Assembly: GCA_964291395.2 (NCBI GenBank)
Contig: OZ219856.1
Coordinates: 800,001-864,000 of the forward strand
Reading direction: 5' to 3'
DNA length: 64,000 nucleotides
DNA from: Alphaproteobacteria bacterium
Lineage (GTDB): Bacteria > Pseudomonadota > Alphaproteobacteria > UBA2966
Under the pieces are notes generated by a model that worked only from the letters and a program-made list of their open reading frames with translations, was not told where the DNA came from and made no database searches. Shown here one piece after another: positions 9,443-19,168 of this stretch; within the stretch, counting starts at the first letter, position 1, and each line of letters starts with the position of its first letter. The position numbers and the translations under genes were made by a program.

Positions 9443-10857
9443 AGCGTTCGCTCCTGCCTTACCAGAAGCGCTGGGTGGACGACCGGGCGCAGCTCAAGGT
9501 GATCGAGAAGAGCCGGCGCATCGGCCTCTCCTGGTGCGAAGCCTTCGATGCCGTCATGCACGCGGCGGAGGACGCCGGCGACGTCTACTACCAGTCGTTC
9601 GACCAGGAGATGACGCGCGGCTTCATCGACGACTGCGCCGACTGGGCGGAGGACCTCAACGTCGTCGCCTCGGCGGTGGGCGAGACCCTGATCGCCGACG
9701 GCGACAGGCAGGTCCGGGCGTTCCGCATCGTCTTCGACAACGGCCGCGAGATCGTCGCGATGACCTCGGCGCCGCGCGCCTTCCGCTCCAAGGGCCGCCC
9801 GGGCGATCTCGGCATCGTCGACGAGGCGGCCTTCGTCGACGACCTCGAGGAGGTGCTGAAGGCGGCGCTGGCGTTCCTGGTCTGGGGCGGGCGCATCCAT
9901 GTCCTGTCCACGCACAACGGCGAGGGCAACCCCTTCAACGGGCTGTGCGGGGACATCCGCTCGGGCAGGCAGCCGGGCTCGCTGCACACGGTCACCTTCG
10001 ACGGCGCCTTGGCCGACGGCCTCGCGGCCCGGGTTCTCGAGGTGCGGGGCCGCCCTCCCTCCCGCGAGGCGATGGAGGAATGGGCGCGCGGCATCCGGCG
10101 CGTCTACCGCCGCAACGCGGCCGAGGAGCTCGACTGCGTCCCCGCCGCCGGCTCGGGAACCTTCCTCACCTGGGACATGATCCGGCAGTGCCGGCACGCC
10201 GACGCCGGGAAGCCGGAGCTCTATGAGGGCGGGTTTTCCTATCTCGGGATCGACGTCGCGCGCCGCAGGCACCTCTGGGTGGCGACCGCCTTCGAGATGG
10301 TCGGGGACGTGCTTTGGGCGCGGGAAATGGAGATCCTGCGGGACAGGCGGTTTTCGGAGCAGCGGGCGGTGGTCCGCCGGATGGTGCGCCGGTTCAGGTG
10401 CATCCGTATCGGCATCGACCAGACCGGCATGGGCGAGGGTCTGTTCGAGCAGCTCCAGGACGATCACGGAACGCAACGGGTCGAAGGGTTCCTGCTGACC
10501 GGCCCGACCAGGCTGGCGCTCGCGACCTCGCTGCTCACCCGTTTCGAGGACGGCCGCATCCGCATTCCCGACGACGAGGACACCGAGGCGGACCTGCGGT
10601 CGGTCAGGCGCGAGGGCGCCGCCGCCGGCCCGCCGCGCCTGGTCTCCGACGAGAGCGGGACGGACGGCCACGCCGACCGCTTCTGGTCGTTCGCGATCGC
10701 CTGCCACGTTTCCGAGGCGGGCCCGGCCGAATTCGACTATGTAGCGGCGCCTCCGCGCCGCGGCGCCCGCGTCGACGACGGCCCGGCGCCGGGCCGGGGC
10801 TGGCTCCGCCCCGACCACGGCGGCGACTTCCGGCGCCCGGCGAGGGGAGGCTGGTGA
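9439..10857 (+). CDS. Mu gp28-like terminase large subunit
   Basis: LLPYQKRW, EKSRRIGLSW, IVDEAAF (Walker B), STHNG, GIDVAR, IDQTGMG, HADRFWS. Confidence 0.93.
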   Translation: MKRSLLPYQKRWVDDRAQLKVIEKSRRIGLSWCEAFDAVMHAAEDAGDVYYQSFDQEMTRGFIDDCADWAEDLNVVASAVGETLIADGDRQVRAFRIVFDNGREIVAMTSAPRAFRSKGRPGDLGIVDEAAFVDDLEEVLKAALAFLVWGGRIHVLSTHNGEGNPFNGLCGDIRSGRQPGSLHTVTFDGALADGLAARVLEVRGRPPSREAMEEWARGIRRVYRRNAAEELDCVPAAGSGTFLTWDMIRQCRHADAGKPELYEGGFSYLGIDVARRRHLWVATAFEMVGDVLWAREMEILRDRRFSEQRAVVRRMVRRFRCIRIGIDQTGMGEGLFEQLQDDHGTQRVEGFLLTGPTRLALATSLLTRFEDGRIRIPDDEDTEADLRSVRREGAAAGPPRLVSDESGTDGHADRFWSFAIACHVSEAGPAEFDYVAAPPRRGARVDDGPAPGRGWLRPDHGGDFRRPARGGW

Positions 10858-12116
10858 TGGCGATCCTCGACCGGTACGGGAATCCGGTCCGCGCGTCCGA
10901 TCTCGGGCGCGAGCTCGCCGGGCCGACCGTCTCGGGCGTGCGCTCGATCCTCTCGGAGCATCCGGCCCAGGGCCTCACGCCCGGGCGCCTCGGGGCGCTG
11001 CTGCGCGAGGCCGAGCAGGGCGATTCGCGAAGCTATCTCGAGCTCGCCGAGGAGATGGAGGAGAAGAACCTCCACTATCTCGCCGTGCTCGGCACCCGCA
11101 AGCGCCAGGTCGCGCAGCTCGACGTGCGCGTGGTGCCGGCGGACGACGGCGCCGAGGCCGCGCGCGACGCCGATCTCGTGCGCGACTGGCTCGCCTCCGA
11201 GCCCCTCGAGGACGAGCTGATCGACGTCCTCGACGCGCTGGGCAAGGGCTATTCGGTGACCGAGATCATGTGGGAGTTCTCCGAGCGCCGGTGGTGGCCC
11301 GTGCGCCTCGAGCACCGCGACCCGCGCTGGTTCGCGTTCGATCGCGCGGACGGGCGCACCCTGCGCCTGCGCGGCCTCGACGGCCGGGAGCGGCCGCTCG
11401 CCCCGTTCAAGTTCGTGGTGCACCGCTTCCAGGCCAAGTCCGGCCTGCCCATCCGCGCCGGATTCGCCCGCATGGTCGCCTGGTGGTACCTGTTCGCCAA
11501 CTACGCGGTGAAGGACTGGGTCCAGTTCATCGAGACCTACGGCCAGCCGACGCGGATCGGCAAGTACCCGCCCAACGCCAGCCCCGAGGACCGGGACGTC
11601 CTGCTGCGGGCGCTCACCAATCTCGGGGCCGACGCCGCGGCGATGATCCCCGAGTCCATGATGATCGAGCTCGTCGAGACCAGGCAGAGCGGCGGCGGCC
11701 GGTCGTCGGCCCACGGCGCGCTGCTCGCCTACGTCGACGCCCTGATCTCCAAGGCGGTGCTCGGCCAGACGCTCACGACGGAGGCCGGCGAGCGCGGCGC
11801 CCGGTCGCTGGGCGAGGTGCACGACGAGGTGCGGCGCGACATCGAGCGCTCCGACGCCCTCGCCCTCGGCCAGACGCTGACCCGCGACGTCGCGCGCCCC
11901 CTCGTGGCGCTCAACCACGGCGAGCGCAGACGCTATCCGCGGATCGCGGTCGGCCGCGAGGAGACCCTCGACGTCGCCCGGGTCTCCGAGGCGCTGGCGA
12001 AGCTGGTGCCGCTGGGCCTGCGCGTGGCCGAGGCGGACGTGCGCGACATGCTCGGTTTCGCGGCGCCGGAGGACGGCGACGAGCTCCTCGGCACGAGCCC
12101 GCCGCCGGGCGGTTGA
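10857..12116 (+). CDS. DUF935 / Mu gp29-like portal protein, probably C-terminally shortened
   Basis: LAEEMEEKNLHYLAVLGTRK, KDWVQFIETYGQPTRIGKY, ISKAVLGQTLTT, SLGEVHDEVRRDI; 419 aa, ends at an abrupt AT-rich junction. Confidence 0.9.
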   Translation: MAILDRYGNPVRASDLGRELAGPTVSGVRSILSEHPAQGLTPGRLGALLREAEQGDSRSYLELAEEMEEKNLHYLAVLGTRKRQVAQLDVRVVPADDGAEAARDADLVRDWLASEPLEDELIDVLDALGKGYSVTEIMWEFSERRWWPVRLEHRDPRWFAFDRADGRTLRLRGLDGRERPLAPFKFVVHRFQAKSGLPIRAGFARMVAWWYLFANYAVKDWVQFIETYGQPTRIGKYPPNASPEDRDVLLRALTNLGADAAAMIPESMMIELVETRQSGGGRSSAHGALLAYVDALISKAVLGQTLTTEAGERGARSLGEVHDEVRRDIERSDALALGQTLTRDVARPLVALNHGERRRYPRIAVGREETLDVARVSEALAKLVPLGLRVAEADVRDMLGFAAPEDGDELLGTSPPPGG

Positions 12117-12187
12117 TCTACTTAACTATATCACATTATGTATATGATCTGATTTAACATATCAAACCTCGACATCCTCTTTTCGAT

Positions 12188-12240
12188 TCGATATATTTTC
12201 CTATATTATATTCTCAATATGATATAGGACAATATATCGA
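12188..12240. promoter_or_regulatory. Long AT-rich inverted repeat, putative HipB operator
   Basis: 25-bp arms with 23/25 match and 3-nt spacer, directly before the hipB start. Confidence 0.6.
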
Positions 12241-12241
12241 C

Positions 12242-12541
12242 ATGACCTATGCCACCGAGCATGTCGCCCGCACGCTCAGAAACGCCCGCGAAGCCCGGGG
12301 GCTGAGCCAGCGCGCGCTCGGCGCTAGGGCCGGCATACCCCAAAGCCATATCTCCAAGATCGAGAACGGTGCGGTCGATCTCCGGGTCTCGAGCCTCGTC
12401 GAGCTCGCCCGCGTCCTGGATCTGGACCTTGTGCTCGTGCCCCGCAAGGCCGTCTCCGCCGTGCACGCGATAGTCCGGCGGCGCGACGAAAGCGAGACGG
12501 CGCGGCCCGCCTACAGCCTGGACGACGACGACCATGGCTGA
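12242..12541 (+). CDS. hipB: XRE/HipB-like antitoxin
   Basis: LRNAREARGLSQRALG..QSHISKIENG HTH; overlaps HipA gene. Confidence 0.82.
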   Translation: MTYATEHVARTLRNAREARGLSQRALGARAGIPQSHISKIENGAVDLRVSSLVELARVLDLDLVLVPRKAVSAVHAIVRRRDESETARPAYSLDDDDHG

Positions 12542-13754
12542 CGTTCGCGTCCTCGACGTCCTGCTTCACGGCGCCCCCGTCGGCACGCTGACGCACGCGC
12601 CGGGGGACCGCACGCTGTTCGCGTTCGCCGAGGACTACGTGGCGGACGAACGCCGGCCCGTCCTCGGGCTCTCCTTCAAGGACCGGCTCGGGGAGCCGAT
12701 CACCGACTTCGGGCCGACGCGGACCAGGCTGCTGCCGTTCTTCTCGAACCTGCTGCCGGAAGGGCGCATGCGCGGCTATCTGGCCGCGCGCGCCGGCGTG
12801 AGCAAGGTGCGCGAGTTCTTCCTGCTGTGGGCGTTGGGCAGCGACCTGCCGGGAGCCGTCACCGTCGCGCCGGCCTCCGGCGAGGCCTGGCCGCCCGATG
12901 TCGACGATCGCGATGAGCCGGATCGTCACGGGCGCGGGAATGCGCTGCGCTTTTCGCTGGCCGGCGTCCAGTTGAAGTTTTCCGCGGTCGAAGCGGCGAG
13001 GGGCGGGCTGACGATCCCGGTCCGCGGCGTGGGCGGATCGTGGATCGTCAAGCTGCCCTCGCGCGAATTCGAGGGCGTGCCCGAAAACGAATTCGCCATG
13101 ATGACGCTTGCCCGGCTGATCGGCATGGACGTGCCGGCGCTCCGACTCGTCGATCTGGACTCGATAGGGAACCTGCCCGAAGGAATCGGTGCGCTGAACG
13201 GACGGGCCCTCGCCATACGGCGCTTCGACCGGCTTGAGGACGGCGCTCTCGTGCACATCGAGGACTTCGCCCAGGTCTTCGGAGTCTATCCCGAGAACAA
13301 GTACGAGAAGGCCGGCGCGCGCAGCATCGCCGGCGTCATCGGCGCCGAGGGAAGCGATGTCGACATCGTCGAATTCATTCGCCGGCTCACCTTCAACGCC
13401 CTGATCGGCAATGCCGACATGCACCTCAAGAACTGGTCTCTGATCTATCCCGACGGGCGCCGCGCGGCGCTCGCGCCCGCCTATGACTTCGTCTCCACGA
13501 TTCCCTATGTCCCGGACGACGAGGCGGCGCTCAATTTCAGCCGAACCAGGCGCTTCGATCGGTTCTCCGAGGACGAGCTTTCTCATCTCGCCGCCAAGGC
13601 GCGCCTGCCGACCAGGCTCGTCCTCGACACCGCCCGCGAGACGGTGGCGCTCTTCCGCCAGCACTGGAACTCCGAGAAGGCGCACCTGCCGCTCGTCGCC
13701 GCGGTCGTCGATGCCGTCGAGAGACACCTGGAGACCGTGCCGATCGCCGGGTAG
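12534..13754 (+). CDS. hipA: HipA-family kinase toxin
   Basis: FFSNLLPEG, FSLAGVQLK, WIVKLP, RRFDR, GNADMHLKNWS, LAPAYD. Confidence 0.93.
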   Translation: MADVRVLDVLLHGAPVGTLTHAPGDRTLFAFAEDYVADERRPVLGLSFKDRLGEPITDFGPTRTRLLPFFSNLLPEGRMRGYLAARAGVSKVREFFLLWALGSDLPGAVTVAPASGEAWPPDVDDRDEPDRHGRGNALRFSLAGVQLKFSAVEAARGGLTIPVRGVGGSWIVKLPSREFEGVPENEFAMMTLARLIGMDVPALRLVDLDSIGNLPEGIGALNGRALAIRRFDRLEDGALVHIEDFAQVFGVYPENKYEKAGARSIAGVIGAEGSDVDIVEFIRRLTFNALIGNADMHLKNWSLIYPDGRRAALAPAYDFVSTIPYVPDDEAALNFSRTRRFDRFSEDELSHLAAKARLPTRLVLDTARETVALFRQHWNSEKAHLPLVAAVVDAVERHLETVPIAG

Positions 13755-13795
13755 GGCGCCTTCACCGGGCCGCCGCCGGGCGCTAGTCTTGCGCC

Positions 13796-14488
13796 ATGTG
13801 CGGGCGGTTCACCCAGCGCTACGCCTGGTCCGAGGTCCTGGCCGCGTTCGACCTGAGCGGCCCGGCCGCGAACCTGCGGCCGCGCTACAACGTGGCGCCG
13901 AGCCAGGACGTGGCGGCGGTGCGCCGCCACGCGGACGGCCGCCGCCTCTCGCCGCTCCGCTGGGGCCTGATCCCCTCCTGGGCCAGGGAGCCGTTCCCCG
14001 GCCGCGGGCTGATCAACGCCCGGGCCGAGACGGCGCATGCCAAGCCGGCGTTCCGCGCCGCCTGGCGGGCCCGGCGCTGCCTGATCCCGGCCGACGGCTT
14101 CTACGAGTGGACGCGCCGCGGCGGGGAGAAGCGGCCGTGGCTGATCGAGCCCGCGGACGGCGTGCCGTTCGCCTTCGCCGGGTTGTGGGAGCGCTGGACG
14201 GTGCCCCGGGGCGTCGCGCTGACGGGATCGCTGGCCCGGTTCGGGCCGGGCGACGTCGTCGAGACCTGCACCGTGCTCACCACCGCCGCCAACGAGGTCG
14301 TGGCGCCGATCCACGACCGCATGCCGGTGATCCTGGACCGGCAGGCGTTCGATCCCTGGCTCGCTGGCGCGGCGGTGCCGCTGGGTCCGTGCCCGCCGCG
14401 GGGCATGATCGCCCGCCCGGTGAGCACCGCGGTCAACAGCCCGGCGAACGACGATCCCCGCTGCGTAGCGCCCTTGCCCGCCGCGTAG
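13796..14488 (+). CDS. SOS response-associated peptidase (SRAP/YedK, abasic-site processing)
   Basis: MCGRF N-terminus, RYNVAP, INARAET, DGFYEW, HDRMPVIL. Confidence 0.95.
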   Translation: MCGRFTQRYAWSEVLAAFDLSGPAANLRPRYNVAPSQDVAAVRRHADGRRLSPLRWGLIPSWAREPFPGRGLINARAETAHAKPAFRAAWRARRCLIPADGFYEWTRRGGEKRPWLIEPADGVPFAFAGLWERWTVPRGVALTGSLARFGPGDVVETCTVLTTAANEVVAPIHDRMPVILDRQAFDPWLAGAAVPLGPCPPRGMIARPVSTAVNSPANDDPRCVAPLPAA

Positions 14489-14550
14489 GGACAAGGGGCG
14501 GTCGCGGGCGGGCGCGCAGGCGTCGCGTGTGCCGGCGTCCGCCTTGTCTT

Positions 14551-14571
14551 GGTTATCAGGAAGTGATAACC
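14551..14571. promoter_or_regulatory. Palindromic operator of TA locus
   Basis: GGTTATCA-N5-TGATAACC perfect arms just upstream of the mini-ORF at 14584. Confidence 0.55.
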
Positions 14572-14583
14572 TAATGATACTTT

Positions 14584-14688
14584 ATGTCGATGAAGGCGCC
14601 TGATCGCGACCCCGGTCTCGACACGTTGCTGGAGGATTTCTGGAACGCGGTGGATGCGGTACTGAAAGAAAGGGGATCGATCCCATGA
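14584..14688 (+). pseudogene. Internally deleted DUF6516/TumE-like toxin (34 aa)
   Basis: MSMKAPDRDPGLDTLLEDFWNAVDAVLKERGSIP looks like the N- and C-termini of this family joined at TLL; ATGA overlap with the HTH gene. Confidence 0.6.
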
Positions 14689-15062
14689 GGACGCTGAAGA
14701 TCGGCATTGCCGGGTACGACGGGATGAAGGCGCGCACGATGGCGATCGCCCGCGGGGAACGCAGGCCCGCCGAGGGCGAGCCGACGGTCTGGTTCACCTC
14801 CATCGAGAGCTTCGCCAAGGTGCTTTCCGGGCGCAACCGCGAGTTGCTCGCGCTGATTGCCCGGGAGAAACCGGACTCGCTTACCGAGCTCGCGGAGCTC
14901 GCGGGACGCAACAAGTCGAATCTCTCGCGGACGCTCAAGACGATGTCGCGCTACGGTCTCGTGGAATTGACGGCGGGAGAGCGCGGCACGGTGATCCCGC
15001 GGGTTCCCTACGACCGGGTGAGCCTGGACGTTTCGTTGAGGTCGCGGCCGCAGGCGGCGTGA
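14685..15062 (+). CDS. HTH DNA-binding protein, putative antitoxin
   Basis: VWFTSIESFAKVLS..SLTELAELAGRNKSNLSRTLKTM. Confidence 0.8.
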   Translation: MRTLKIGIAGYDGMKARTMAIARGERRPAEGEPTVWFTSIESFAKVLSGRNRELLALIAREKPDSLTELAELAGRNKSNLSRTLKTMSRYGLVELTAGERGTVIPRVPYDRVSLDVSLRSRPQAA

Positions 15063-15127
15063 ACGTCACCGGGACGATCGGCGACACGCCCGCTGGTCGC
15101 CCCGCTGGGCGGAAGCGCCGGTTCGTC
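15055..15127 (+). repeat. 73-bp direct repeat A, copy 1
   Basis: Identical to 20255..20327 (offset 5200). Confidence 0.95.
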
Positions 15128-15235
15128 AGCCTCGGCCCGGATGTTCATGTCGATCAATATCTTGATGCCCCCCTCGGTCACGACGAGAGTCATGTCGCCG
15201 TTGCCGACGGGGAAGAACGAGAGAGATGCAGTCAC
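15121..15235 (-). pseudogene. Metallo-beta-lactamase-fold hydrolase N-terminal fragment
   Basis: VTASLSFFPVGNGDMTLVVTEGGIKILIDMNIRAEADE, cut at repeat A. Confidence 0.6.
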
Positions 15236-15365
15236 GGCTTCGACCTCCAACACAAAGCACAGGTTCGCCCCACCACATGGGAACGCCCCCAACCCGTTTC
15301 AAGCCCTGTATTTGACAATTCTTGGAAATATATGGAAAATGTCAACTCGGGCGAGGGAGGAGAAA

Positions 15366-16473
15366 ATGTCTATAGGCCAGAGGATTAGAGTATCACGCCG
15401 TGCGGTGGGCCTGTCTCTTCGTGATCTTGAAGACAGAATCGACAACCGCGTCACGGCACAGGCGATCAAGTACGAGCGCGACGAGTCCATGCCGAGCTCT
15501 GGCGTTCTCATCGTGCTCGCGAACGCTCTCGGCGTGTCTGTCGATTACCTGGCCAGCGACAGCGAGATCTCCCTGGAAGCCGTCGACTTCCGGAGAAAGC
15601 GGCTGACGAGCAAACGGGAAGAGGCCCAGGTCGAGGCTAGGGTCCTCGATCTGCTGGAACGCTATCTCTCGGTTGAAGAGATTCTCGGCCTGCCCACCGT
15701 CGCCCGGGACATGCCCAGATGTCCCGACCGGAAAAGAGCTCGGCGCGACGCCCCCTGGCCCGTGCTCCACGACGTGGCGGAGGCGGAACAGGCAGCGCTC
15801 GGCCTCCGCGGCCACTGGGGACTCGGCCTCGATCCGATCCCGAATCTCGTCGAGCTTCTCGAGGAACGCGGCATCAAGGTCCTTTCGATGCCTCTTGCCA
15901 ACATCGACGGTCTCACGGCCGGCGTGCGCCGCGAAGACCGGAGCATCGCATCGGTGATCGTCGTCAATCGACGGGGCTGGGGAGAACGCCAGCGATTCAC
16001 GGTCGCTCATGAACTCGGCCACATGGTGCTGGACATTGCACCGAAAGTCGATGACGAGAAGGCCGCTCACCGCTTTGCTGGCGCCTTCCTCATGCCAGCT
16101 GAGATCCTGCGCGCCGAGATCGGCAAGCATCGCCAATCCATTGGCTGGAGTGAACTGTTCGACCTCAAGCGGATCTTCGGAGTCAGCGTGCAGGCCCTCA
16201 CCTATCGCTGCAAGGACCTGGGAATCTTCGGCAATCCACCGGCAGCTTTTCAACGAGTTTAGCCATAGGGGTTGGCGCAAACCGCCCTATAGGGAGCCGG
16301 GGGCAATGGACGGCGAAGAGCCCAGGCGTTTCGAGCGCCTCTGCTTCCGTGCCCTGGCGGAAGGGGTCATCTCCGAATCCAGGGCCGCCGAGCTCCTCGG
16401 ACACTCGGTCCACGAACTCATCCGGCTAATGGACGAACCGCCCGGCGTCGAAGCCGCCTCCGTCGGCACCTGA
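15366..16473 (+). pseudogene. XRE-HTH fused to ImmA/IrrE metallopeptidase, frameshifted near 16240
   Basis: N-terminal HTH, RQRFTVAHELGH, AHRFAGAFLMP; C-terminus (FERLCFRALAEGVISESRAAELLG) in another frame. Confidence 0.82.
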
Positions 16474-16484
16474 ATTGCACGCCG

Positions 16485-16994
16485 GTGCTCGTCTCCGACA
16501 CCTCCGTATTGATCGACCTTGAACGCGGTGCATTCCTGCGACCCGTCTTTCGCCTGCCGTATGAGTTCGCCGTGCCCGACTTGCTCTACGAACGCGAACT
16601 CAGGGATCACGGCGGGCCTGCACTGATCGACATGGGCCTCCGCGTCGAGGAACTGGACGGCACTGCGGTCACCCTCGCTCTTGAGTACCGCCGCGCACGT
16701 CGTAGCCTTTCTCTTCCTGACAGCTTCGCGCTCGCGCTATCCAAGACGAACTCATGGACGCTGCTCTCAGGCGACGGCACCCTGCGCGCCTTGGCACTCC
16801 AGAGGCAGTTCAATGCCACGGCGTCCTTTGGCTGCTCGATCGCCTGCATGAGCAGGGGATACTCAGCCGCACACCTTGACCGCTGGACTCCGGCAAATCG
16901 CCGAACATCCTCGTTGCCGGCTGCCTCACGCGGAAATCCGCGCCAGGCTCCGTGCATTTGCCAAATTGTGAGAGCGCCGATTTGCAATCGCTAG
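16485..16994 (+). pseudogene. PIN-domain protein, frameshifted near 16805
   Basis: VSDTSVLIDLE, LSLPDSFALAL, LLSGDGTLR; CHGVLWLLD continues in another frame. Confidence 0.72.
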
Positions 16995-17070
16995 CAATTG
17001 CCAATTCACACCTACAGCGTGTTTTGTTGCGCACTCTTCCTGTGGCTTCGAATGCAGGTATACGTCCCGC

Positions 17071-17160
17071 TGACCGGCTCCCACTGAGTGGTCCAGTTTC
17101 AATGTTAGTTGAGCTCGGTCGGTGAGGCCATGGTTGGGGTGGCCGGCCGAGCGCTCTCAA
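17071..17160 (-). mobile_element. IS3-family right-end remnant
   Basis: Minus strand ...CTAACATTGAAACTGGACCACTCAGTGGGAGCCGGTCA preceded by a transposase-like tail (PATPTMASPTELN*). Confidence 0.55.
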
Positions 17161-17488
17161 GCGCCGGCGAGGCCGGCCACGATCACGACGCCCGAGAGCG
17201 CCAGAATGTTCCGCCGATATCGCTGCGCGACGTCGTCTTCCTTCAGGATCTCCCATGGACCGTTGCGCTTGAGCCCCGGTGGCCAGCTCGACAAGCCCAA
17301 CGTGAGATTCAGCTGATAGAGAACCCTCACCCCGCCTCCCAAAAGAAGTTGACAATGTCCTTTATGCAAACACGCGGCCGCCAGACGGGGGAAGTTTGCG
17401 AAAACCCCGTCCGGCGGCCTGGACGCCCTCAGGCCCATCCTGACAACCTTCGGGCGCCTATCTGATCCCTTGCTGCTCACGTGGGACG

Positions 17489-17707
17489 TCAGCGAGGGTA
17501 ATCGTCGTGTCCGCTCCGCGCACTGTAGAAGACCAGGAACATCAGCCCGACGCCGACCACGAGACTTAAGACCACGCCGAGAATGAGGGCGGACGTGCCG
17601 TGAAACCCCAATTCCACATCACGGAGCTCCCACCAGATAAGCCCCGACGCGGCCACAACGACAGCCAGCAAACCAAGGAGGCTGACAACGAGGACGGTGG
17701 TTCTCAC
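17489..17707 (-). CDS. Small two-TM membrane protein
   Basis: Two hydrophobic helices, GLMFLVFYSARSGHDD C-terminus. Confidence 0.7.
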   Translation of the reverse strand: MRTTVLVVSLLGLLAVVVAASGLIWWELRDVELGFHGTSALILGVVLSLVVGVGLMFLVFYSARSGHDDYPR

Positions 17708-17840
17708 TGCGCGGCCACCTGCCGCTTTTGGCCCGCTTCCGTCGGATCGCCGTCGCGATGCGCAACATGGCCCGGTCCATCTTGCGCGGTCGCCCGCCAG
17801 CCCGGCCCCGGGCCCGGGCGGCAGCGAGGCCGGCGCGGGC

Positions 17841-18578
17841 TCACTCGGCGATCGCGCAGCGGTCCGCCGTGACGCGGACGAAGCCGCGGCTAGCGCCGTT
17901 CACGACGCTGAAGCGGTATTCCCAATCACCCGAGACGACCGCGTGGTGCAAGGGCAGCGGCCCGGCCGTTTCGCTCCGACGGCCGTTGAGGGCGATCACC
18001 CGCAGGGTTATCGGCTTCGAGGGATCGAACCATGCTTCCCGATTGCCGGCGGCGTCGGTCGCGGATTCGCCCGCCGCCGTCACCGTGAGCGTGTTGGCAG
18101 CGAAGGTCACGGCGTCGTTGGGACCCGCATAAAGGGGCGTGCGCACGAGAAACCGCTTGGTGCGGGGGTCGTTGTCGCAGACCGGTGGACGCGCACCCGC
18201 GCTGATGAACAATTCGAGCCGTTCGGGGTTGGCGCCAGCGGCGAGATGCGCCTGGATAAGAGCCAGCAGGTCCTTGGCCTTTCCGGTCGGAACCTCCTGG
18301 CTGTGACGGTCGCGCCACTCCCGTTCGCGTGCCTGCGAGGCCTTCGCCAGTGCCTCCAAGCGTTTGTTGCTCTGGGTCAGCAGCGTGATCTGTTCGCTCA
18401 GCTCCGTGTTGGCGTTTTGAAGGCGCGAGACGTCTTGGCGCGCGAGCTCGCTCCCGCTGCGATAGGCGATCACGCCAAGGCCGAACAGCACCACGGCGAT
18501 CAGAACGACGCGGAAGAAGCGCCTTCGCCAAGACGTACGCCGGGCACCACCTCTGCTCTCGCCAAGCCCCAAGGACAT
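17841..18578 (-). CDS. Hypothetical membrane-anchored coiled-coil protein
   Basis: 245-aa ORF with TM helix, coiled coil, beta-rich C-terminus. Confidence 0.7.
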   Translation of the reverse strand: MSLGLGESRGGARRTSWRRRFFRVVLIAVVLFGLGVIAYRSGSELARQDVSRLQNANTELSEQITLLTQSNKRLEALAKASQAREREWRDRHSQEVPTGKAKDLLALIQAHLAAGANPERLELFISAGARPPVCDNDPRTKRFLVRTPLYAGPNDAVTFAANTLTVTAAGESATDAAGNREAWFDPSKPITLRVIALNGRRSETAGPLPLHHAVVSGDWEYRFSVVNGASRGFVRVTADRCAIAE

Positions 18579-18785
18579 CTCAAATCCGAAACTTCACGAC
18601 GGACAGGTTGCGATACGCGCCGCTATCATGCCGCATAACGCGGTGCGCCACCATTCGTCCGTGGCCAGGGCACGACACTCCGGCCGCAGCGACGAACGAA
18701 CGCCGCCGAGGCGATCTCACCAAGGACGGTAAATCGAAAGCCAGCCGGCCTTCTTGACCGCGGTGGAGGTTCAAACGGAGTGTGG

Positions 18786-18804
18786 TTCCGGTCCTGGCCT
18801 CCAC
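18786..18804 (+). other. tRNA-Cys-like 3'-end fragment (att relic)
   Basis: TTCCGGTCCTGGCCTCCAC resembles a tRNA 3' end and lies next to an integrase remnant. Confidence 0.45.
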
Positions 18805-18817
18805 CGCTTTCTTAAAT

Positions 18818-19168
18818 TCATGATTTAGCTACCTTTTTTTCAAGGTGCGGGGCGTCCGGAACCAAGGTGCGGGGAATGCTGTTCTGGATTTGGTCCGCAA
18901 CGATCTCCGAAGTCTGCTTCCCGAGCCGCGCCCGGTCGGCACCCTTCGTATAGACCTCGGCTTGCGCGATCTTGCTCCAGCCGTATTGAGCCATGAGCTG
19001 ATGAGCCGCCGCGCCGCCGCGCCGCCTTCGGCCGCGAGTGTCGCGGACAACTTGCGGAGACCGTGCGCGCTCTTCTCGATACCAGCCTCGCGGCACCGGT
19101 CACGGAACCAGTTGCCGAAACTATCGACCGCGAACGGGCGTCCATGCTCGTTGACAACGAAGTGCATG
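18818..19168 (-). pseudogene. Tyrosine recombinase C-terminal fragment, frameshifted
   Basis: SFGNWFRDRCREAGIEKSAHGLRK / HQLMAQYGW..AEVYTKGADRARL. Confidence 0.8.

Larger units (their letters stand above)
7184..12116 (+). mobile_element. Mu-like prophage late-gene segment (lysis and packaging)
   Basis: Closely packed, mostly overlapping run: DUF5675, holin, membrane protein, gp26-like, DUF3486, terminase, DUF935 portal. Confidence 0.85.

Noticed and set aside
7331-12116. Canonical RcGTA-type gene transfer agent
   Set aside because: Terminase and portal are Mu-type (gp27/28/29) and no capsid or tail genes are present
18740-18810. Complete tRNA gene
   Set aside because: Only a 3'-terminal fragment; no D or anticodon arm
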